The notes beneath the pieces were generated by a model that made no database searches, was not told the DNA's origin, and was given only the letters and a program-made list of their open reading frames with translations. The position numbers and the translations under genes were made by a program. Of a stretch of 64,000 bases of DNA, positions 36,430 to 48,220 are shown one piece after another. Within the stretch, counting starts at the first letter, position 1. Every line of letters begins with the position of its first letter. This stretch comes from Selaginella moellendorffii (Eukaryota; Plantae; Lycopodiophyta): positions 638,574-702,573 of the forward strand of contig NW_003314345.1 in assembly GCF_000143415.4 (NCBI RefSeq), read 5' to 3'.

Positions 36430-39400
36430 ATGGCCTTCAGGGATGGGGAAAAAGTTTACATTTTGAATGGTGGGAAGAGAGTTGCAAAAGGGACCCTTGT
36501 GTCTATGGATCGGAACTTTGTTATACACTGTCATAGGCTTGGGGAAGGCAATGCTGCTGTATCAGTAGAGACTGTCTNNNNNNNNNNNNNNNNNNNNNNN
36601 NNNNNNNNNNNNNNNNNNNNNNNNNNNNNNNNNNNNNNNNNNNNNNNNNNNNNNNNNNNNNNNNNNNNNNNNNNNNNCTCATGCCAATTTTGTGAATGTG
36701 AAATTTCACGTGGGTGTTAATAGCATGTTTGAATAATGGAATGTGGTCGCTATTGAACGAGGAGAGATGGTCGTCGAGGTAAATGTTGTTGTTGCCTTGA
36801 AAAATCTGCAGAAGAAAGCAGATGTTGGGGACAGTGCAAGTGCGACGCATGTTCCCTCCGTGGATCTTAAGAACCGTGCTACATGGATTCAGGCAAAGGT
36901 GTTTCTAAACAACCCCGAGGGGGAGGTGGTAGCTGAGGGCTTAGCCACAGTTGTCGATCCAAGAGATGCGGTTGTTAATCAAGAATTGGGCTGGGATGAT
37001 ATTGGAGTTGCAATTTTAGAGGTTGTTGACACAGAAGAAAACAGTCTGACTATTGGAAGCATTGTGCGGTGGAAATTGAGGCATTTAGTGTTTGAGAATG
37101 TGAAGGATTCACAATCAAACACCACTACAACTGATGACAGAACATCTCTTCATGGGAAAAGAAAGTACACCTTCCTACAGCGCAGCCAAAGGGATCTGAG
37201 CAACGAACCGAAAAGGCAGAAAATGGCGATGGAGGTTCGAATGGTCTCGACAGTTGCTTGTTGCAAGAGGAGGTGCTGTCAACATGCTGATTGGGATGCT
37301 ATTGAAGAGGAGAGAGCAAGATACAAGACATTGTCCTGGAAGGCAGCTCGCAATTTTGTGTATGAGGCATTACGGTCATCTGTTGATGCTTCAGAACATC
37401 AGGTGGGGGGCATGGTCTTCCAGAGGGGTTTGGTCTGCATGAAGGCATGGAGAATCATTTATGGAGTCCCTCGAACCACATTCTACAGAATCAAAACTGA
37501 GTTCGAGGAACAAAGGGTTCAACAGGCAGTCCATGGGAACGACGGTACGCACAAAACCAGGGGTCATGTTGTATATGGAGAGGCAATCTTCAAGAGGTTT
37601 GTCGAGACATGTAGCGAGCAGCAACCACATAAAACCCGCCTCTTGGAAGATGGAACACGAGACACCCAACGAGTTCTCCCTTCCATGTATACCAAGGGGG
37701 CCATATTGGAAGATGTGAATCGGGAACTCCAGAGTAATGGCTACAGGAAGCTGAGCCAATCTAGATTTAGTAGATTGTGGAGCAACAGGTTCAGGGATGT
37801 GAGTATAGGAAAGTACTCCAGCTTTTCAAAGTGTGACGAGTGCACTGCTATCAAAATGGCTTTGTCGAAGAATTCTTGCAGCGCTCGAGAGCGAGAGACG
37901 TTGGTTAGAAGGCGGCTCGACCACAACATCGAGCAGAGAAGCTGCAGGACTGCATATTATCATAACAGGATTCTCTCCATGGAGAGACCTGACTCTTACC
38001 TCTGCATCATCCATGACAAAATGGACCAGAAAAAGACGTGCTTACCTCGACTCAATCCTGCCCCCAAGGCAATCTCTTCATCCATGCAGCTGCCTGTGTC
38101 TCTGTTTGGCATAATCGCTCATGGGCATGGTGCCCAGAACTATGGGAACTTCTTTGTACCTCTATGGGGTGGCGGGGGTGCAAACATGATGATTGCGTCC
38201 CTAGCAAAACACTTAAGGTCTCTGCAAAGTGCGCAGACTGAGCTGAACGGCCAACCCTTGCATAAAGCCCTTGTCGATCGAACCCCATACAGGGTTCAGC
38301 TGGAGGAGGAGCAAAGGCTTGCAGTATCGCGTGGGGCCCCATGCCATCCCAGTGAATATGTTGGCCGTCAGATTGTAGGGTTATCACGTGAGGCCTCATG
38401 CCATTCTGACGAGGCTGGTCGCCCGGTGAATGCACAGCCTCATCCAAACGAAGCAGAATCTCAAGGAAGTTCTTGCGGCCGATGTGGCCTTCCACCCCAT
38501 CTTCTGCTCCAAACAGACAATGCTGGCAGTGAGAACAAAAACATGTACGTCTTCGCGTACTTGGCGATGCTTGTTGCCAAAGGCATATTTGAAACGGTTA
38601 CACTTGGCTTTCTCATGGTTGGGCACACTCATGAAGACGTCGATGCCATGTTCAGTCACCTGGCAGAGTCCCTCCGGCGATCCAATGTCCTCACCCTCCC
38701 ACAACTCTACGATGAATTCCAAAATTGCATCAAAGGCACTGTTGAAGCTGCACTTGTGACAGAGGTTCCAGACTTTAAGGGGTTTGTAAGAGGCTACATC
38801 AGGGACGGATCCGAAACGCTGATTGGCCACTCCAAGCCTCTTCAGTTTCATTTCAGCATGCGTGACGGTGCTCCAGTGATGAGGTACAAGATGAGAGAAT
38901 GGGACACAGTGTGGCTGCCAGTGGACGGCATTGAACTCTTCAAGAGAGATCCCATAACTGGGGAACCTATGATTCCTCAGGGTTCCCCACGGCCGATGCA
39001 CCCGGATGGACTCAAAGACCAGGAAAGTATAGTGGCCGGGATTAGACAGCATATTGCCTTCTGGAAGAGGGGGTTGGTGTTTGGTGGAGAATCCTATTTT
39101 AAGAGGTGCAAGCCTTTGCTCGAATACTGGGAGAAGATTATATCTGCTATCCAAAATGGGCCGGTTGTATATGAAGAATTGGAAGAGTCCTTTTGGCCAG
39201 AACCCAGAGCACCAGATAGTAGCGGAACAATGTCCTCTGGAAATGCAGTGACAGATAACGATGTTGAGGATCACTATTGTGGGCCGAGGAACAAGAAGCC
39301 GGATTCAGCATTCAATCCAGTACAAGTCTGCAAAGGAATGGTCGTGCTTGTCAGACCCAGTAATAAAAAACAAATGATATGGGTGGGGCGCTGCATCACT

Positions 39401-39649
39401 GATGCAGAGGAGGACGCGGAAACTAACTCCTTCAATATAACTGTGGAGTGGTTCAAGCCAAGTTCCGGATATACGAAGGATTGCCTAGAAAAGAGATGGG
39501 TGCTGAATCCAAGGGATCCCAGCATGAGCATATCGGTGGATAATGTTGTGCATGGTTGGATGCGGAAGCAGAGTGCCACCATCACCTTGCCAGACCATGC
39601 AAGAGATGCAGCAAGAGCATTCATAACCCGGGTTCAAGGTGAGATTTAA
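36430..39649 (+). CDS. Sola-type DDE/D transposase (5' part spans a 100-N gap at 36578-36677)
   Basis: 968-aa open frame with CCKRRC, FSKCDECTAIK, CIIHDKMDQKK, LLQTDNAGSENKN and FLMVGHTHEDVDAMFS, the motif series I recognise from Sola/DUF7869-type proteins; consistent with the 4-bp TSD. Confidence 0.8.
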
Positions 39650-41117
39650 TATTCCTTTACTAAGTTTCTAATGTATTTTATTTCAAGGTGAACAATCCGA
39701 ATCTGAATCAGAGGAGGCGTGATGGCATGTGGCCCTTTGCACTAGTATATCTTAATACTGGTCTGAGAAATAGAATGGCATGTGCCCTCAGGCCTTTTAC
39801 TAAATCACCTTTGAAAGAAATGCAAGCCTCTATGTCGTAAAAAAAAGGTACTAGAGAAATTCCTTAATAATATGAATGTTATTTAGTTTCATGAAAATAC
39901 ACTAAGGGTCAAATGAGTTAAATGACTTCTCCAGACTAGCAATGCCTCTTGCTACACCTTCACAATTAGATTCGTTAGAAAAAGATAACATTGAATAATA
40001 TCTAAATGTTCTCACCATTAAGTTATATGTCTGGCTAATAGGAATGATGTTCATCTTGGAAAGCTCACCACACGCTCAATGAACAAACAAATAGTGTGTG
40101 CGCGCATGCCATCGCTCTTCTTTAGCTTCAGATTCGGCTTGTTCACCTTGACAATGAGATTTATTATACAACCAGATGGACTCAGTCTGGACACAAAGTC
40201 ACCGCGCTAGTCACCATGCCCCAGATATGTCTAGCCCCTGGACAAAAAACATATAATTTCACGTCATTTTCAAATACTTGAAAATTTGTACCTAGTCCCA
40301 TTTTACTGAATAAATCCCACTTTAACGAAATAGAGCTTAACACCCCTTCGTACAATAAGACTTGATCATGGGACCCTCTAAATCCCAAGCCTTGGGTGCG
40401 ACACCTGCTTCGGGACATCAGGGGGAAACACCATGGCCTAACGGCCTAGTATGGGTACCTCTACCCTTCCATCCCGTAGGGAAGGCCCAAGCCCCTTGGA
40501 AGGGCGAGGACCAATGAGCCACAAGGTACTCAAGTGGGGCACCACTCCACATGAGCCAAAAGCACTGCAGTTGGTTTTCCTTTTCAGGAGTGGGAGTTGC
40601 TCTTCAGCACTTCCCTAGGTCCATGCTCACTCCCACCCAAGGCCTCTCGGCCCCAGTCTCAACCTCAAGTCAGTTTGGAAGCACCACTGGAGAGTTCCTT
40701 CAAGACTGGTTCCTGGACCTCACTATCCCTACTATACTTTTGGAACCCCCTGCACCCCCCCGCCCTGGGAGATGTACGCTTTGGGCTTTCACCCTTTGAC
40801 CCGTATTAGTACTCGGACTCGGTCTTGGACTCAATCTTGGACTCGATCTCGGACCCGATCTCGGACTCGACCTCGGACTCGGTCTCGGACCCGATTTGGA
40901 TCTCAGACTCTGTCTCGAACTCGGTCTCGAACTCGGTCTCAAACTCGGTCTCCGATTCGTCCTCGGACTCAATCCCGGACTCTATCTTGAACTCGGTCTC
41001 AGATTCGGTCTTGGACTCGATCTTTTACTTGGTCCTATCCAATGAACTCTTTGTCATTTCGGTCATGCTTTCGGGGATCCTTTAGCCTACGACACCTCGG
41101 GGAGTCGGTTCCTTACA

Positions 41118-42641
41118 ATCCATAAGTTAAAATTTAGAATACAAAGTTAATGAAGAGCATTTTTGCATCAATCTAAAAGCCAAGCACAACAAAGTTATGC
41201 ACACCAAGTGATCATCAAATTGATCTTCCATGAATCCATCTTTTATAACAAAAAATAACTCACTTTATAACAAATACGAAAAGAATTATCAATTATCAAT
41301 ATATTCTGACTCAAACTCAATAAGGAACTAACATCTTCAATAACTCTTCCTCTAATAAAGTTAGCATAGTCCATAAATAAATCACTTTTCAAATAAAAGC
41401 TCAAAGCTCAACCCTTACTAAACAATCTCGTCTAGAACACAACTAACTCAAACTTGCCACTCAGTTTGTTTGAACGTTAATACAATTGCTAACTAACAAA
41501 TGCATGAATGTCAACAACACAAAGCTATAGCCAAATCATTAACACTATTTGTATCAAGACTAATGAAACTCAATATCAACCTTATGAAGAGATACCTCAT
41601 TTCATTTGAATCCTAACAACAACAATGTCAATAACAAAGCATCACTTTAATGGTTATTTAGTTCATATTTGTCCATAAACCTTTATTTTGTACCTAGGGT
41701 ATTATGTTCATGTTGCACCAAGTATATGACTCGATAATATGAGTTTAGTGTTTAGGTCTTGTGAAGGCAAGTTGAAGAGTGATTCTTTGATTGCTTTGCA
41801 ACTAGTGATTTTTTATAGATTTTGTTGAAGACTGTGAACACTTATTTCACTCAATGAAGATTTATCAGTGATAAGCTTGCTTTACCAGATGGTGTTGTGG
41901 AGGATCATGTTGTTAAACTTACATAGTTTTTTCATGTTAGCATATTGATTCTACCTCTGTTGATGTCATTTTGTTGTGTTTAGTCCATAGTATTGGATTA
42001 CATTGAGTCTTGGATGTGGTGAATAGCTCCTTGATGATGTGTTATCTATAACTAAGTTTTGCTGAAGGATTGGTTTCGAATACTAAGTAAGGTATCTTTG
42101 ACTTTGGTTAGCTTCGTTGCTAAAGAGCTTTGAGTGGTGATTCACTTTTGCTTTATTCTAGCTTTGTCTTAATGTTGATGGCATTGAATCCAACTCAACT
42201 ACAATAAGTTCACTAATGAGTTTAGCCAACAGCTCTAAGCATATCTTGAAAAGGCTAGCTATGGATATACACACTTAGTTGAAACTAAAATGAAGACCAG
42301 GAGATAGACTCATATTAGTATACAACCTCTTGATAGACAAAGCTATACTATGGGTACTAACACCTTAACCTCAAATAACTAAGTTGAATATCATTATCCT
42401 CAGCCAAGGTGCAAAGCCATCAAGACCAAGTCAAAATTAATGAGAGCTCATTACTCTTATAGAGTGTAATGAAATGCAAGATACAACCTACCACTAAATA
42501 TAACACTACAAAAGAAAGGCATAAGAGTCACCTTTCTAAAAAAGTGTAATAGCCACTTTTTTACACTAACTCCAAACTCTATCCAACTCAATTGCTTTAT
42601 CCCCAAGAAGTCAACATCCCTTTTGGGTCACATCATACAAA
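41118..42641 (-). mobile_element. Internal region of the old family A copy, with a ~540-bp internal inversion
   Basis: Matches ~56066-57595; segment ~41651-42187 is reverse-complemented relative to ~56600-57135. Confidence 0.8.
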
Positions 42642-43407
42642 TGGTATTATTATTACATTGTTTAGTATAGATAATGAAAATTTAATGCATAGGGACTAAG
42701 CCCTCTAAAGCTAATTAGCTAAAATCTCTATGCCTACCTATTTTGAGGTCTATTGGCATTGCTATTATAACAACTTTAGTTATTATGCATTGTTCATAGA
42801 GTGAGTGGTACAAGGTCTTAGTATACAATGTATTCCTCTTGTAAATTGTCTTATCAATCACTCTTAGGAGTAAGCACCTAGCTTCCCAATCAATTTTGAA
42901 ATAGGGATGACTTTCTTTTAGAGGCCAAATGTCTAAGATATTTTTTATACAAAAATCCCAAAAGTTTCAAGAGTACCAAATGTTATTTTTTACAACGTAT
43001 CTTTCTTGTTCATGTGTAGTTCACCTTAAGAGATTTTTACTCCACAAAATTTTATTGCCTATCATTCTAGATTCAAAATTGATCTAATATCTATTAGCCC
43101 AATTATCAACAAGTGTAAGCAGACTATCTCTCTATTTAGGAAAAATTCTAGTACTATTTTCTTTTTGTTATAGGTAACTCCACAGATATAAGTTTCGTTT
43201 ACACTATGTATTTACAAAGTAATTGTACAATGTAATACAAAGAAATACACATAAATGTCTATGGGTTCTAGTGTTGGTAATTTTAATTCTCGCAATCTTT
43301 CTTCCTAGGGTTCAAGGGCTAGGAGATGCAATAACTATCCCATTGCACAACATAACCAAACCACACAAGAGAATAAAAGAGAGGATATTGAGGATAGTGA
43401 TCATGAG

Positions 43408-43701
43408 TTGGAGATAAATACAATGACAGAGGGTGCAATAAATTGGGTGAAAAAGAATACTCTTTTACTGATTGAATGCAATTCTACCACTTTCAAAAAA
43501 TGCCTCATATGTTTTCTAGCATTTGGTGGAAATAATGGCAATGATCAATATGATGGTATATATGCTCTCGTGACACACTGCAACATCGCACACCCAAAAG
43601 ACTACCATGAAATCTTTTTTAAGATGGTAAAGACAGAAATGGAGATACATAAGTACTATGGGCAGTATTGCAAAAAGAACACTCAAAAGCATATAAAATG
43701 A
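43408..43701 (+). pseudogene. Small Zn-finger-like ORF remnant
   Basis: CLICF...NG...GIYALVTHCNIAH resembles the ORF at 52568-53149. Confidence 0.35.
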
Positions 43702-43812
43702 AAAGTGAAATGAAAAAGTACATTTTTATTAATTATATAAGTATAATAAGTTTTATTGATAGAGAATAAACATCGATAGTGTTGAAGAAATCTAGTTAGC
43801 TCCAAAAGTTTT

Positions 43813-46800
43813 CTACAACTCAGCAATAGTAAGGTTTGCTTGGTGTATATGAATATCCACTTTAGGATCCTGGTGCAAAATGTTGATGAAGATGTAGTAC
43901 ATATGCTTGCAAGGAGCATATGCCTTCCCATGTTCCTCGCGCTTCGTAAAGTCTAGACATGTGCAAGAAGGAAAGTTGTGAATGGCAATTGTGTACTCTC
44001 CACCTTCTGTTTTGACTATGTACTCCTTTGCAAGCGCAATGATGTACTTCGTGAAGAGAATCTCACACTCAAGTGTTTAAACCAAATTTATTTTACCTTG
44101 CTTCTGCTTGGAGATGGTACTAATAAATTTAACTGCCTTACCTTTTCGTGTTGGCCTCCTATGCATCTTTGTAGGAATAGTCCTGGTTCTATCACTCATA
44201 TCTCCAACTCTCCTCTCAAGATTGAAACCAGATTTCTCAAGGTTTTCAATCTCCTCCGAGGTGAGCGCGACCCCATTAGCAACCGGCCATTCTTTAGATA
44301 CTGCATCAAGTTTAGTCACTATAGTGTCTTCAAGCCGCTTCGTATGGTTGGCGTCGGTGTTGCAACAATATAGCCAGCACCATCTCGAAAATCCTGCTTG
44401 CTTTTGTTCCCCATAGAAACATGGGGCTGGAAAAGAAGCAGATTTGTCACCATGAATCCAGGCCCAACACTTGCCCATCAGAAGCATCCCTACACACCTC
44501 ACATTTGATTTTGCTAGCACGCGTCGGATTGCCCATTGCTTTGGCTCCACGCTATGGTAAGCAATTTCAACATGTTGCAATGCACTCTCTTCATCAGCCA
44601 CTTGAGGTGGCTCAGTCCGAGAGTGGTGTCTTGGAGCAGAATGGTACTTGACATTAGGCCTATGAGAGCTTTTCGCTAAAAGGTCCATACTAACATCTTC
44701 CCCAGCAAAGGAAAAATGACGCTTTGAGCAAACAGTCTTCATATCACTAATAGAAGCTCGGGGAGTGTACTCCATAGATGTGCCACGGACCACTTCCTCA
44801 ACTGCAGTTGCCACTGTTCGGGCGGGTGGAGGTAATTTTCTCTTCATCCTATCATGTAACATCTCAACAGAAGGCCCTGTTCCCATGTATCTTCCTTCCT
44901 TGAATGCTAGTGCTTTTGAAGATTGCTCTATAGCACGTATCAAATCTGATAGACAGGCTTCATATAGACTCGTCTTCCCTTTCCCTACCTCAGAAGAACG
45001 CCAAATCTAGTGCTTACTTTCAGAGAGATTCACAGTTGGGGTGTATGCAAAGTCCTCAAGTGGTTGATCCTAATGGAAAAGGCAATATTAAGAGGTAATA
45101 AAAGGAGAAGAAAAAATATAAACCAACTTGAAAAAGAGTGATGTCCCCACTGGAACATTCTAACTTCCCACCATCCTAACCATGACTCAAGTTGTGGTAG
45201 GCAACTTACGTCTGTATGGCCATCTTCACACCACCACATTCGGATCTCGTTTGCTTTTGCCTCATGCTCTTCTTCAGAAGGTGCAACTTGCCATTGTTTG
45301 CACAACTCCTTAAATATTGATTGAAACTCTGGCTGATAAGGTGGTAGTGCTGGTTTAGGCTTTGAGCCCAATGGAACTCACAAGTCCTCTCACGACCTTC
45401 CAATGGCTAACCATTCCCAAAAACTACTCGGATACCATTCCAGTTTGCACCAGCCCCATCTGCCATGAAACCGCGAAAGTTTGCAGGCTTACCAGTCCGC
45501 TTTAGGACAATATCAGAGAGGGACTTCCAAAATATTTCCTGTGCTGTCTAGTCTTGTACTTTAAACTCTGTTGTCGCAATTGTTAAGTTACAATGTAGCC
45601 TATGAAAACACAAATATTATAACAATTTCAATATAATAAAAATAAAAATTACCTTGGATCATACACATGAGCTCCTATGGTTGTCCAACTCGATACGCGC
45701 TCCATATGGTCAAAATGTACCCATGCATTTGCAAGGTCATTGAACCCAAACATGTCCATTCGGGAGGCAAGATCTACGCCAGAGGCAGGGCCCATGGTAA
45801 ACATTTTGAAGACGAAGGGGCGCTCTTGCTCATTCAAAACTTGGTCTGAAAACAAACTTCCGTAGATGCACTTGTATGGACAGGTCCGTTTCAATTCAAG
45901 GATGGAGTCAATTTTTTATTGCAACTTCCCCTCTCGAGATTCACACATCCAAGATTTTATCCTAAACAATATAATGTAAGAAAAAATTATTATTATAACG
46001 TATGAAAAATAATAGATGTACCTCCTTAGGCTAGTAGTAGGTTGAACTCCTCGTAGTAAGTCCCGCAAGCTAGCCTTGTTTAGTTAAGTCTTTTGGCAAC
46101 CTGGATTGAGTAAGGTGTTTGTGATAAAATCCTTGAGGACGGTCTTCTAAACATTCTTCGGAGTTGCAGATGAGTTTCTCATAGTCTCTTCCTGCACAGC
46201 ATCTTTGAAATGGTTGAGAGAACTCCTTTGTATCCCTTTCTGTATTGGATGCATATGTGTGCCAACATGCACTGCAACTCTTCCAACCACTCCATCCTGT
46301 GGAAGAAAGTAGTACATCTTGGCCTTGCAAATAGCACGACATAGCAGATAGCACGATAGATCGACATTTGGATCCAACAGCAATGGTGTCACAGGCTGGA
46401 GGATTGACTGCAGACCCTTCGAAAAATATAGAGTTTCTAGAGCGGTCTCAATTGCATGCTTCATCCATACAATCTAAATGCCTGCCACAATGAACTATAG
46501 ACATTGTGCCTTCAAAATGTTAGAAGCGTGTGGTCTTAATCTTGCACCAATTGTGGACATCTTGCTTGGTTTCCATCCCTTTCTGTTTGGAACCTGTGCT
46601 GCTGACAAGAGGTGGTAGCTCAAAGAAAATATTGCCATTGTAGGAGGATGGAAGCTCACTCACAAACCTATACAAAAACAAGTGCATGTCGATTGAGAGG
46701 CGTGAAAACTGGAAAGCATTGCTAATGGCTTTGAATATTGCTGAAGTTGGAGCTGAAACTGGAGCTGGTGAATTCGGCGCTGACACTAGCATGACTTCTC

Positions 46801-46936
46801 TACTTGAACTAGAAAAGGACGAGAGGATAACGACTGACTCTTGCTTCACATTCACTTTGGCTAGAGTGCATTTTGGCATTTTGACTGGAGATCCAAACAC
46901 TCGAATCTCCTTTGACTTGGAATTTTGTAATCCCAT
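43813..46936 (-). pseudogene. Mutator-like (MULE) transposase: GCM/WRKY-like Zn domain, DDE core, SWIM finger
   Basis: CGRHLDC..EAC...CKAKMY...HVGTHMHP; VHFDH, FMADGAGANWNGIRVVF, TCEFHWAQS (CxxH), PTVNLSESKH; SWIM CTCLDF...PCKHMYYIF read through the stop at 44077. Has introns, stops and frameshifts. Confidence 0.8.
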
Positions 46937-48220
46937 TGTTGTCCACCCTCGCCCACACCAGAAAAAAGAAACTCCGAGTATGCAATTATACTGGTGTCAT
47001 TGCGAATCACAGCCTCTAAAGAAATAGAGCCAAGACGAAGATCAAAACGCCGACATAAAAAACTTTCAGAAACAATACTCTAAGAGAATGAAAGAGGTGG
47101 GTGATCTCAAAAATAAAGAAGAAACCTCTCCATCTTTCTCAATAGGTTTTGGAGTTCTCTCTCTTTATGCTACTTGTAAAAATCCATAGTGAAACATAAT
47201 TGAAATTTAAATAGAGTAATATGAAGACAACATACATAATGAATTTAAAGCAAATTTAACATGTTCAAGTGTGACAGTATTTAATATTACTGTCATCTAT
47301 TATGATGTCTGATGCATGTATACACATAGATCCAAGGAAAGATTTTCAGCACGTGAAGTTTGATAGTTAATAATGATACCAGTAATGACATTCTGCTATA
47401 ATGTGTCAAACCAAGAGATCCAATCTAACTATCAACACGTGTGATATGTCAAGTTGTCAGATTTTAAGTGGTAGATGATAATAAATCTTGTCAAATCTTA
47501 TTCTTCAATGACAAATTTGATTCATAGTACAACTCAAGTTTTATCCATAATTGTGAACACTACTCAATGACATTTAAAGCACATGCCTATTGTTTAGGAT
47601 CTAATACAACATAAAATAAATTTCTGGATGAGGATTCATCCATTCATAGATGGATATAGTATAACATATTTTAACGTGCCTTATTTATACTCTTTAAAGT
47701 TCTTGTAACGATTCCAAAATATGTACAAAATATTGATGAGAATGCATCCTTTCTAGATAATTTGTAAAATATAATATCATAACAGAAATGTTGATAGGTG
47801 CTAGTTATACCATCATTAAAATATATAAAATAAAGAAGCATAATTTACATATAATAATAATGATAAGATAAAATAAGATCAAAGATATTGTGATGGTTGA
47901 GATTTAGGTTATTGAAATGAACGGCCAGGATGAGAGATTGGTTAGGGTTAGGGCAGCCATCAGGATTAGGGTTAGGGTAGCTGCCAAGATTAGGTTACTG
48001 TTCTCACCGTGAGTGGAGCGCACGAGAGATCGAAAGATTGAGCGTGAAGGAGATTTAGGGATTGAGCACGAAGGAGATCGAGGGATTGAGCGCGCGAGCG
48101 GGAGAGTTTGAGCATGCGAGCCGGAGAGATTGAGAGTGTGAGCGGGAGAGATTGAGCGCGCAAGCAAGAGAGATTGAGCGCACAAGAAATCCAGCACGAT
48201 CAAGAAATCGGGAAGGAAAG

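Larger units (their letters stand above)
27285..39796. repeat. Dispersed 22-bp palindrome ATGGCATG(A/T)GGCC(T/A)CATGCCAT, about 20 copies
   Basis: Copies at 27285, 28362, 28437, 29669, 29860, 30001, 31500, 32777, 32837, 32914, 33747, 34576, 35552, 36167, 36265, 36335, 38326, 38383, 39722 and 39775; one more in the MITE (~5335). Confidence 0.9.
26899..40338 (+). mobile_element. 13.4-kb Sola-type DNA transposon with cargo gene
   Basis: Perfect 24-bp TIR AAGCTCTATTTCGTTAAAGTGGGA; 4-bp TSD AACA (26895-26898, 40339-40342) inside an LTR whose empty site is seen near 23697. Encodes a Sola-like transposase. Confidence 0.9.
26309..41117 (-). mobile_element. 5' end of another family B copy: LTR 26605-41117 (split by the Sola element), PBS, gag start
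   Basis: LTR halves 26605-26898 and 40339-41117 rejoin to match 8008-9065; PBS (ccgataccaaat) and gag ORF 26345-26560 follow. Confidence 0.9.

Noticed and set aside
36277-36750. ~70-bp duplication on both sides of the N gap
   Set aside because: It flanks a scaffold gap and may be an assembly artefact; the transposase N-terminus cannot be resolved here.
37254-39624. Antisense and overlapping ORFs (e.g. 38396-39274)
   Set aside because: Shadows of the transposase frame with no independent motifs.
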